Below, one piece after another: positions 37,597-48,531 of a stretch of 64,000 bases of DNA (positions are counted from its first letter, which is position 1; every line of letters starts with the position of its first letter). The translations under genes were made by a program, and so were the position numbers. The DNA is from Nitrospirales bacterium (GTDB lineage: Bacteria > Nitrospirota > Nitrospiria > Nitrospirales > UBA8639), in assembly GCA_965203295.1 (NCBI GenBank), contig CBDBCZ010000014.1:576001-640000 (forward strand), given 5' to 3'. The notes beneath the pieces were generated by a model that did no database searches, was not told where the DNA came from, and was given only the letters and a program-made list of their open reading frames with translations.

Positions 37597-39870
37597 TTTA
37601 TTGAATGTTCACCCACTCTGAGACTCACACACAACCTAAAAACAGGTGACCTGGTGTGCTGTGTGACACCCTACCGCCAACCTAAATAAGTGTGTTTTGA
37701 CCACTTTATTTCTAAGAGTGAAGAGCCACAGCCTCTAGCTACCAGAGAAAATGGAGAGGTAACAGCTTCCCAATTTCATTCCACACTCTAGTATAGCATA
37801 CTTTTCTTACTCGCATAATGTTTAACTTAATTCAGAGATTGTATGCAGGTACAAAATATAGGTGAGCTACAATAGTTATAGACTTTCATTAGTAAGCAAT
37901 GTTGTACTGTAGGCTTAGAGGGTGATGTATGTCCGGCAAGCAGGCACCCTGAGGTGCAATGTCGCTATTTCTTAGTAATCACTTTTCGGTTGCTCTTATA
38001 CATATTCCTGGCCAATAATGAGGGTAGCTATTATAACCTAAGAGGGATTTCTATGAAGCAGTGACATTGTACCAAGGTTGCCTGTTCAACAGACATATAT
38101 ACAGAAGCACTCAACCTCTAAGCCAAGGTTATTTTCAGACTGTTTATCCTGGTGTAAACTATAATCCCAGAAATGTGGCTCTTGGTATTTATATAGTACA
38201 GAGACGGATTCCCACCTTTAGTTTAATTATTCTTCTAGTGCGATGTGAAAGGGGGCTGTCAGTATGTAGGACATGTTCTTACAAGATTTGAGTTTAACCA
38301 TGCGTTGCTTACTGAAGTTGTAATCTCTATAGAGATATAACTACATAAACCATAATTGTTTCTCACTCTCTGAATTAACTGCATGAGATAAGGAGTGTGT
38401 ACGTATGCTTAGTTAGAGTGGGGAAGCTGTTACTTTTCCTCTCTCTCTGGTAGCTAGAGGCTGTGGCTTTTGGTATCTCTGGAATACAGAGACAGATTTC
38501 CAATTAGCTAGGAATGCGTACCTTGTCTGACTTTGTGTGATCTCAACGTGGGCTGTCAGGGGTACCGCGCGCATGCAGAAATAAAGTGGAATGCGTTGCA
38601 GGGAAATTTGACAGGAAATCTGGCAGTTTAGGTACAGGACAGTATAGGATAGGGTGGAATTTCCTTTAAAATCATGAAATTCTGCCCTATCCTATACTAC
38701 CTTAAATTGTACCTGAAATACCAGATTTTCTGTCAAATTTCCTTGTAACACGTTTCAGGAAATTCCACTTTTTTCTGCATTTTTTTACTGTACATGGTTG
38801 CTTACATGATTCATTCTAGAGCTGCTTGCCGCGATTAGGTACTGCATAGTTGTCTATTTTCACATTTTGTTCTGTCTGCTGTCTTTTAAAGGAGAACTAT
38901 GAACGCTAAATTAGAGCTGGGATGTGTTTGGAAAGCAGTCAATTATTTTTTCTCCCTAGTAGCTAGAGAGTGCGGCTCTTAGCATCTTCAAAATGCAAGG
39001 ACTGATTTCCTATTAGTTGTGCAAAGGAATATCCTTACTTCAATTCTTCAAATACAATATTTCACGGAGTGGGCTCTTAGTGGTACGAATCCTTACACGG
39101 TTCTTTCTAGAGTTGCTTGCTGATGTAGTATACTGTATTAATTTACTAGTTGTTTACCACCTATTGTTTGTACTGAATATCTCTAGCAGATCATTGTGAG
39201 AACATATGAAAAGTAATAGATGTAGGGCGGGGATGAAATTAGGAAGCAGTAGCTGCTCCAATTTTCTCTGGTAGAGAGAGGTTGTGGCTTTTGGTGTCCA
39301 CCCTTCTTCAGGTATTGAAGTGCTATCTCAAAGTGGGCTGTCAGGGGTAGTGTTCCTGACTTGGTTCCTTACACGGTTCCATCTAGAGCAGCGTATTACG
39401 ATTTTGTACTACATATAATTTGGTTTGTTTTCACATTTATCCTGTCTTCTTTCCCTAAAGAATCATTGTGTTCACATGTGGAGAGTAAAGTATGCACTTA
39501 CCAGAGTAGGCAATTATTTGGGAAGCACTAACTGCTCCAATTCTCTCTGCTAGGAATACACTGATCTCAAAGTTGGCTATCAGTACAAGACACGGTTCCT
39601 TATTAGACGTTTCTTCAACTGTTGATTATTAATGGCTCATTCCACTTTGCTTATTGAAGTTGTGTTCTGTGTGGCTAATTATCTCCCACCTATGTTTCAT
39701 TTTAGCAATCACTAATGGCAAACACAAGAAAGGTAATGTGTACAATTAATTAAAGTTGGAAATGAAATTGGGAATTTAGTTCCTCTCCATTCTCCTAGGT
39801 AGCTAGAGGCTGTAATGAAAGTTTGTTTAGCCTTATAACGATCTACTCCTCCTCAAGATGCTTCTCGTTA
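37597..39870 (+). repeat. Fourth partial copy (~2.3 kb) of the cassette's distal end, forming the spacer of palindrome 2
   Basis: Matches 13499-15681 directly and extends as the reverse complement of 18719-18813. ORFs 38061 and 39017 correspond to 13962 and 14916. Confidence 0.92.
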
Positions 39871-40529
39871 AAGAGTATGCTTCTTAAAGGACGGAAAGCT
39901 GGAACCATTCCCGCCCCAGACGATCCGAGCAGGAACGCCCATCAGAAGTGAGAATGTGGGCGTTTACTGTTCATGCTGGCTGCCAGACAATGGAGAAGAA
40001 CGCATGTGCAGCAAGTGTGGAAAATGGTTTCACGAATCCTGTGCAAAAATACCAGAAGCTGTATTTAAGCAGTAATGGTTTTGCACACCCGTCATGCGTA
40101 CCAGCACTGTAACATAAGTTTTCTGTATACAACATGTACACTTTATTCATGCACATCGCATTATGAGTCAACAGTCAGCAAAACATGAAGAGTAGAGACT
40201 TCCTGAGCGCTGGATAACCCAGCAGGCTACTACACTAGTATGGAGTCACGAATTTGGCAGCCAGTACCCTGCGCTTACATTAGTCTTTCCCAGCCCGCAA
40301 GGAAAGCGGGGGTAAGCCCTGATTGTGGCCTGGGAACGTTTGAACATAGATCAAAATCCACGAGACTATGCCATGTACGCTGAGTGCTGGGAAGGTGCAA
40401 AGCTAGCGTGCGATAATATTTCCTAGGCGCTACCGTATTTCCTAGTAAATTGAATCGCTCGGCGATAGTATTTCCTAGTAAATTCTGTCGCCGCGATCGA
40501 ATTTCCGAGCGATCAAATTTACTGTGACA
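39868..40529 (+). mobile_element. Ginger-like fragment, inverted copy of 36933-37593
   Basis: Mirror coordinate sum 77462; ends ctgTGACA|ACGG. Confidence 0.78.
39872..40095 (+). pseudogene. PHD-finger coding remnant (not in the ORF track); also 37367-37590 (-) and 42678-42901 (+)
   Basis: Manual translation: RVCFLKDGKLEPFPPQTIRAGTPIRSENVGVYCSCWLPDNGEERMCSKCGKWFHESCAKIPEAVFKQ*WFC. This is a C4HC3-like pattern with an in-frame stop. Confidence 0.82.
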
Positions 40530-41059
40530 ACGGTTCCTTACTTTGATCTATGCTTTGATCCTTAGACGTTCCTTCAACGGTTGCTTATTGATGGTTCATT
40601 CCACTTTGCTTATTGAAGTTGTGTTCTGTGTGACTAATTATCTCCCACCTATGTTTCATTTCAGCAATCACTAAAGGCAAACACAAGAACAGTAATGTGT
40701 ACAATTAATTAGAGTTGAAAATGAAATTGGAAATTTGGTACCTCTCCATTCTCCCTGGCAGCTAGAGGCTGTGATAGAAGTTTGTTTAGCCTTATAGCGA
40801 TATACTCCTCTTCTAAATGCTTCTCCTTAATGTTGGCAGTCGTCTATAATCTTTCTTGTCAATATGAGGCACAGTTACTACTGTGCTTTTTAGATGGTAC
40901 ATTCCACGGTTACATATCGAATTTGTGTTCTGTGCATGTGACTAATTTCCCCCACGTCCTATGTTTTGTCATAGATTGTAGAGTACTAACTATGGTTTCT
41001 TGCCTGCAATCTCTGAAGTAACATTTTGCCATCACAAGAAAAGTAATGTGTACAATTAA

Positions 41060-42014
41060 GGTAGGAAGGGCCTCACCTGGAATCCACAATTCAAATGGAC
41101 GGCTTTGTTGACAACATGAAAGTCTACCTCGAATTGACAAAAATTTTGCATCTAACCACACCTCCTGCTAAATAATCCACAAAAACGCAATTTCGGGTTG
41201 CTTTAAAATACGAGAAATTTTGGAATCTGCTAGAGCCCCGCCCACAGTCTGGCAACAACACCAGTACCTACAGAGGACAGGCTACAAACGTAGGGATGCT
41301 TTTTCACAGGAATGCTTCAAAGCCAGTTTTACAGCCCTGAACGCATCCAACCACCCCAAAACCCTCATTTTCGCTATCCTGACTTTCAAAAAAAATTCGG
41401 CAACCGCCCACGCTCACCCGACGAATTCGAGCCCTGCATTACAAACTTCAACCTACTCCCACAAAAATTAGGGATGCGATTTTTCATTCACCCCTCGGTT
41501 TCTGAGAACCACCCACCAGAGCTCTCCCTATAAATCTCCACAGATTTTCACACAACTAGCTATTCGAGCTAATTTTAAAAAAAATGGGCGGGGCTTACAG
41601 ACCCGAAAGGTGACTATTCTAGCCTACCTGAGATGGGCAACAACCTGCCACTATCCGTCTGTCTGGCTGACTTCTAGCCACTCGGGCAGCCTAACAAACT
41701 TTCTACAACACACTAGCTAGCTATTCTGACATAAAAAGCCTACTCACAATTCTATGATGTCATATCTTCTTTTAAAAAAAAAAGTGTCGAAAGCCAACAT
41801 CAGAGTACCGCTCAACCACATCAAAGTGCCGATATCACATATGAAAGAGCCGCTATCCACATCAAAGTGACACACCCCTCCTGTTGATTCCGGTTGCCGC
41901 CATGGGAAAATGCAAACATATCAATGAATCTAATTAGCGCCACGTGAGTGACGTCATCTCATTAATTCTTCATGAGGAGAATCACGCGGATTCGAAGGTG
42001 AGGCCCTTCCTACC
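41060..42014. mobile_element. 955-bp non-autonomous TIR element at a TTAA site (Kolobok-like), copy 1
   Basis: 19-bp perfect TIR GGTAGGAAGGGCCTCACCT, left TTAA at 41056-41059. Empty site in the mirror arm at ~36400-36408. The right TTAA is missing in this copy. Confidence 0.82.
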
Positions 42015-42673
42015 TTAGAGTGGAGAATGAAATTGCGAAGCTGGTACCTTTCCGCTCTCTCTGGTAGCTAGAAGCTGTGCTGTTGGTATCTTTGCAATAA
42101 AGAAACAGATTTCCAATTAGTTAGGAATACCTTGCCTGACTTTGTGTGATCTCAAAGTGGGCTGTCAGCGGTACGGTTCCTTACGGTTCCTTCTAAAGCA
42201 GCTTACTGCAATTGTTTACTGCATAACTTGCTTTTTTTACATTTGTCCTGTCTCCTTTCCCTAAAGAATCATTGTGTTAACATGAGGAGAGTAAAGCATG
42301 CACTTACCAGAGTAGACAATTATTTGGGAAGCAACAACTGCTCCAATTTTCTCTGCTAGGAATACACTGATCTCAAAGTTGGCTATCAGTACAAGACACG
42401 GTTCCTTATTAGACGTTTCTTCAACTGTTGATTATTAATGGCTCATTCCACTTTGCTTATTGAAGTTGTGTTCTGTGTGGCTAATTATCTCCCACCTATG
42501 TTTCATTTTAGCAATCACTAATGGCAAACACAAGAAAGGTAATGTGTACAATTAATTAGAGTTGGAAATGAAATTGGGAATTTAGTTCCTCTCCATTCTC
42601 CTAGGTAGCTAGAGGCTGTAATGAAAGTTTGTTTAGCCTTATAACGATCTACTCCTCCTCAAGATGCTTCTCG

Positions 42674-43335
42674 TTAAAGAGTATGCTTCTTAAAGGACGG
42701 AAAGCTGGAACCATTCCCGCCCCAGACGATCCGAGCAGGAACGCCCATCAGAAGTGAGAATGTGGGCGTTTACTGTTCATGCTGGCTACCAGACAATGGA
42801 GAAGAACGCATGTGCAGCAAGTGTGGAAAATGGTTTCACGAATCCTGTGCAAAAATACCAGAAGCTGTATTTAAGCAGTAATGGTTTTGCACACCCGTCA
42901 TGCGTACCAGCACTGTAACATAAGTTTTCTGTATACAACATGTACACTTTATTCATGCACATCGCATTATGAGTCAACAGTCAGCAAAACATGAAGAGTA
43001 GAGACTTCCTGAGCGCTGGATAACCCAGCAGGCTACTACACTAGTATGGAGTCACGAATTTGGCAGCCAGTACCCTGCGCTTACATTAGTCTTTCCCAGC
43101 CCGCAAGGAAAGCGGGGGTAAGCCCTGATTGTGGCCTGGGAACGTTTGAACATAGATCAAAATCCACGAGACTATGCCATGTACGCTGAGTGCTGGGAAG
43201 GTGCAAAGCTAGCGTGCGATAATATTTCCTAGGTGCTACCGTATTTCCTAGTAAATTGAATCGCTCGGCGATAGTATTTCCTAGTAAATTCTGTCGCCGC
43301 GATCGAATTTCCGAGCGATCAAATTTACTGTGACA
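42674..43335 (+). mobile_element. Ginger-like fragment, tandem-duplicated copy
   Basis: Offset of 2806 from 39868-40529. Confidence 0.78.
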
Positions 43336-43865
43336 ACGGTTCCTTACTTTGATCTATGCTTTGATCCTTAGACGTTCCTTCAACGGTTGCTTATTGATGG
43401 TTCATTCCACTTTGCTTATTGAAGTTGTGTTCTGTGTGACTAATTATCTCCCACCTATGTTTCATTTCAGCAATCACTAAAAGCAAACACAAGAACAGTA
43501 ATGTGTACAATTAATTAGAGTTGAAAATGAAATTGGAAATTTGGTACCTCTCCATTCTCCCTGGCAGCTAGAGGCTGTGATAGAAGTTTGTTTAGCCTTA
43601 TAGCGATATACTCCTCTTCTAGATGCTTCTCCTTAATGTTGGCAGTCGTCTATAATCTTTCTTGTCAATATGAGGCACAGTTACTACTGTGCTTTTTAGA
43701 TGGTACATTCCACGGTTACATATCGAATTTGTGTTCTGTGCATGTGACTAATTTCCCCCACGTCCTATGTTTTGTCATAGATTGTAGAGTACTAACTATG
43801 GTTTCTTGCCTGCAATCTCTGAAGTAACATTTTGCCATCACAAGAAAAGTAATGTGTACAATTAA

Positions 43866-44820
43866 GGTAGGAAGGGCCTCACCTGGAATCCACAATTCAA
43901 ATGGACGGCTTTGTTGATAACATGAAAGTCTACCTCGAATTGACAAAAATTTTGCATCTAACCACACCTCCTGCTAAATAATCCACGAAAACGCAATTTC
44001 GGGTTGCTTTAAAATACGAGAAATTTTGGAATCTGCTAGAGCCCCGCCCACAGTCTGGCAACAACACCAGTACCTACAGAGGACAGGCTACAAACGTAGG
44101 GATGCTTTTTCACAGGAATGCTTCAAAGCCAGTTTTACAGCCCTGAACGCATCCAACCACCCCAAAACCCTCATTTTCGCTATCCTGACTTTCAAAAAAA
44201 ATTCGGCAACCGCCCACGCTCACCCGACGAATTCGAGCCCTGCATTACAAACTTCAACCTACTCCCACAAAAATTAGGGATGCGATTTTTCATTCACCCC
44301 TCGGTTTCTGAGAACCACCCACCAGAGCTCTCCCTATAAATCTCCACAGATTTTCACACAACTAGCTATTCGAGCTAATTTTAAAAAAAATGGGCGGGGC
44401 CTACAGACCCGAAAGGTGACTATTCTAGCCTACCTGAGATGGGCAACAACCTGCCACTATCCGTCTGTCTGGCTGACTTCTAGCCACTCGGGCAGCCTAA
44501 CAAACTTTCTACAACACACTAGCTAGCTATTCTGACATAAAAAGCCTACTCACAATTCTATGATGTCATATCTTCTTTTTAAAAAAAAAGTGTTGAAAGC
44601 CAACATCAGAGTACCGCTCAACCACATCAAAGTGCCGATATCACATATGAAAGAACCGCTATCCACATCAAAGTGACACACCCCTCCTGTTGATTCCGGT
44701 TGCCGCCATGGGAAAATGCAAACATATCAATGAATCTAATTAGCGCCACGTGAGTGACGTCATCTCATTAATTCTTCATGAGGAGAATCACGCGGATTCG
44801 AAGGTGAGGCCCTTCCTACC
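43866..44820. mobile_element. 955-bp non-autonomous TIR element with TTAA TSD (Kolobok-like), copy 2
   Basis: TTAA|GGTAGG...CCTACC|TTAA. RR..YY termini with TTAA fit Kolobok rather than piggyBac. Confidence 0.85.
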
Positions 44821-47800
44821 TTAATTAGAGTGGAGAATGAAATTGCGAAGCTGGTACCTTTCCGCTCTCTCTGGTAGCTAGAAGCTGTGCTGTTGGTATC
44901 TTTGCAATAAAGAAACAGATTTCCAATTAGTTAGGAATACCTTGCCTGACTTTGTGTGATCTCAAAGTGGGCTGTCAGCGGTACGGTTCCTTACGGTTCC
45001 TTCTAAAGCAGCTTACTGCAATTGTTTACTGCATAACTTGCTTTTTTTACATTTGTCCTGTCTCCTTTCCCTAAAGAATCATTGTGTTAACATGAGGAGA
45101 GTAAAGCATGCACTTACCAGAGTAGACAATTATTTGGGAAGCAACAACTGCTCCAATTTTCTCTGCTAGGAATACACTGATCTCAAAGTTGGCTGTCAAT
45201 ATGAGGCACGGTTCCTTACTTTGCTCCGTAGATTATTCCTTCAAGTTCTGTGAGACTAATCATCCCCCACCTGTTTCCTGCCTGCAATAGGCTCTAAAGT
45301 TACATTGTGCGAACACACAAAAAAGTAATGTGTGTCATTAATTAGAGTGGGTATACTGAATTGGAAGCTGATTCCTCTCCATTCTCTCCGGTAGTTAGAG
45401 GCTGTGCTGTTGATATCTTTGCAGTAAAGAGACAGATTCTCAATTAGCTTTGTGTTATCACAAAGTGGGCTGTCAGGGGTGCGGTTCCTTACATGGTTCC
45501 TTCTAGAGAAGCTTACTGAGATGGTGTTATTTACTTTTCCTCACATTTTGTTCTGTTTGTTGTTCCAGTGCCTTTTAGATGGTTCATTCCACGACTTCTT
45601 GTGGAAGTTGTGTTAGGTGTAACTAAATTAGTTATCTTCCACTTATGTTTTCTGCTTGCAAACTTTGAAGTAACATTTTGCAAAAACAAGAAAAGTAACG
45701 TGTACAATTAATTAGAGTGGGGAATGGAATTGGGAAGCTGGTTCCTCTCCATTCTCTCTGGCAGATTCCTAATTAGCTAGGAATATCTTGCCTGACTTTG
45801 TGTGATCTCTAAGTAGACTGTCATGGGTACGGTTTTACTTACGCTGTTTTTTACACAGTTCCTTCTAGAGCAGCATATTACGATTGTGCACTGCATATAT
45901 TAATTTGTTTATTCCCACATATCTGCTATCTCTAAAGAAGATTAATGTGTGCACTCTGTCAGAGTAGGCAATTAATTGGGAAGCAGTAACTTCCCCAATT
46001 CTCTCTGCTAGGAATACACTGATCTCAAAGTTGGCTGTCAATATGAGGCATAGTTACTTACATTGCTCCTTATATATGGTTCATTCCACTTTGCTTATTG
46101 AAGTTGTGTTCTGTGTGACTAATTATCTCCCACCTATGTTTCATTTCAGCAATCACTAAAGGCAAACACAAGAAAAGTAATGTGTACAATTAATTAGAGG
46201 TGGAAATGAAATTGGGAATTTGGTTCCTCTCCATTCTCCCTGTAAACTAGAGGCTGTGATGAAAGTTTGTTTGGCCTTATAACGATATATATACTCCTCT
46301 TCAAGATGCTTCAGAATCCTTAATGTTGACAGACTTCTATAATCTTTCTTGTATGTTACCGCTTCCATTTTACTCTTATTTATTGATAGATACCTACAAT
46401 CAATTACTGTTTCATGTGAACTCGTGAAACTACCTGGTGGGGCATAAATTGGGAACTGTCAGGTCTTGCTACAAATTATTTGATAATACCTATAACCTCC
46501 CTGTTCCTTGAATAGAGACTTCATTCTTCTGTAGTAGTACTTTAATTCTAGAGAGTTCAACTTTCTTGCGCAGTCAAGAGCTGCGTGAGCTGGCGCGAAA
46601 AGCATGGACGCGCACGGTGCATATCGTAGCGTGCCCGCCCCCGCATTTATTACTTCGTGGTTCCTTAGCTAGCTGTCGGTTCCTTGTCGCGTTCTCGATT
46701 CCTATAATACATGAAATGAGAGGTATGGCAGTAGACGCGAACAGGTCGAAGTCTCACTTATCATTGCCGGGTCTTTGTTTTTGTTTGTTTTTTGTTTTCT
46801 TTTGGGGGGCGGGGAAGTGAGTTTGACTAAAGCTGCAAACAAAGGTATTATTAGTATCTCTGCTGCAAACTACAGCAACCAGAGTCAAGGTACGTAGCAC
46901 CATAGATAACTTCTACTATCTATGGTAGCACGTTAGTCTAGCTAGCTCCAACTTCTACCAACTTGGGGATCGCTTACAGTATTGCAGTAAATTATAATCC
47001 ATGAACTGCCTTGAAACCAGTGGCGCATCAGGGCTAGCCTCGTTCCCAGGCCCGCGACTTTTTCGGTTGCACGAAGGAAAGTCACATCTTTCGTGTAACC
47101 GAAAATGGCGCGGGCCTGGGAACGAGGCTACATCAGGGCCACTCCAGATCATCTGATTTTAATTGCGTAAAATGTGTTATACAGGAGGAGCTGGGTTCTC
47201 ACGTGCATGCTAAGCGTTTGTGTAGCGTCTCACGCTAGTACGGTCTTGCGTTGCTGCAGTGCATGCGACTGCGAAGAGGTGTGGCTTTCTTGACTGACTG
47301 CACATGCTGCATATTTGGTGAGTGTAGTAGGGAAGCTTTAGGGTGTCCATAAGGAAAATTATCAGCAGCAACATCATCAGCAACTGTAAACCATTACAAC
47401 TGAAACTTGTATGACTCAATAAATTATTCCACAATGGTTTATCCACCTAGAGCAAAATACCATGGATAGCCAAAGACACTTAGTGTTAGGGGAGTACAAC
47501 GGTTGATGATCATTACAAAATGATTGGTTTGTTTGCCTGATTCACTCAGGGAGAAGTGCACTCGGGCAAACAATGCCTACTGACTTTAGAGCGATCTTGC
47601 TACTTTTGCTGTCCACATGTTGGTGTAGCCTTCACCTACAGATTCTATAATATCATAGAGACAATCCTAACTTTCTTTGTTTGCCAGACCTCTAGAATCC
47701 TGATTTGCCTATACTTGTAGCTGCAGCATTTAATTAGTGTACTGGAATGCTTAATCAGCCGTGAAAGATACCAAATTGGGTTATAAAAATGGTATCTGAA

Positions 47801-48531
47801 ACACTGTGGGAAGCTGATATGGCGTATGTACATGTACCAGTTTCCACAGCAAGAGGGAAACACCCAGCCCTGTACCATAGCTGCTCCAAACCTTCATTGG
47901 GCTTTTGCTGAACCAGGATTTGAACTCACGTCCCATATGCAGCTCTATGGCCAGTGTCTCCAGACACTGCACTTACTGCTCCCAGCACCTGAAGGTGTTG
48001 GTGACCCTTGTATACCTTTAATACACTGCTAGCCTCTTTCCCAAGCCTGCCTGCAGAGATCTTTGTACTTTACTTACGGCCACATGTTGCACACAAATTC
48101 ATAGAGTATGTCACTAAAGATGTTTGATGGAAGACTTGAATAGCATTCTGTTTATAACCTTCTGAGAGGCTTTATATTGTCACATTAAATAAAGATCTTA
48201 GCCCCACCATTTCTTCTACTGTCATTTTAGTACAGACTTGCAACAACTACATTTAATTTTTGGCACAATTTGTTTTTCAAAATGAGTGCAAAGCACCTTC
48301 TTATTCACATATATGTTGTGAAATAGGTGCTTGAACTTCTTTCATAATCCATTGAAGCAGCAGTTTACATGTACTTGCAAGACAATGCAGCTACTAATCT
48401 AAACCTACCAGAAAGAAATACATCTAGTATACGTACATGTAGCTATAGGGAGTTAACTATATTCAGAGCAGCTTGTGCATGGTACGGTATAGCTAGTTTC
48501 TCTATATCAGAAATTGCTATTCCATCCTTAG

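Larger units (their letters stand above)
39545..45195 (+). repeat. Tandem direct duplication, period 2806 bp
   Basis: ORF pairs 40782/43588, 41220/44026 and 41312/44118 all differ by 2806. The junction lies within 'ctctgctaggaatacactgatctcaaagttggct' (~42350-42385). Confidence 0.93.

Noticed and set aside
36933..40529. 36933-40529 as one intact TIR transposon
   Set aside because: Both ends are the same end mirrored by the palindrome. The flanks are CCGT and ACGG (inverted, not a direct TSD) and the inverted identity continues far outside.
41220..41533. ORFs inside the TTAA element as a transposase
   Set aside because: Short, with no DDE or zinc-finger motif. The element is too small to be autonomous.
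41056..42018. piggyBac assignment for the TTAA element
   Set aside because: Termini are GG..CC, not the CC/CY..GG typical of piggyBac.
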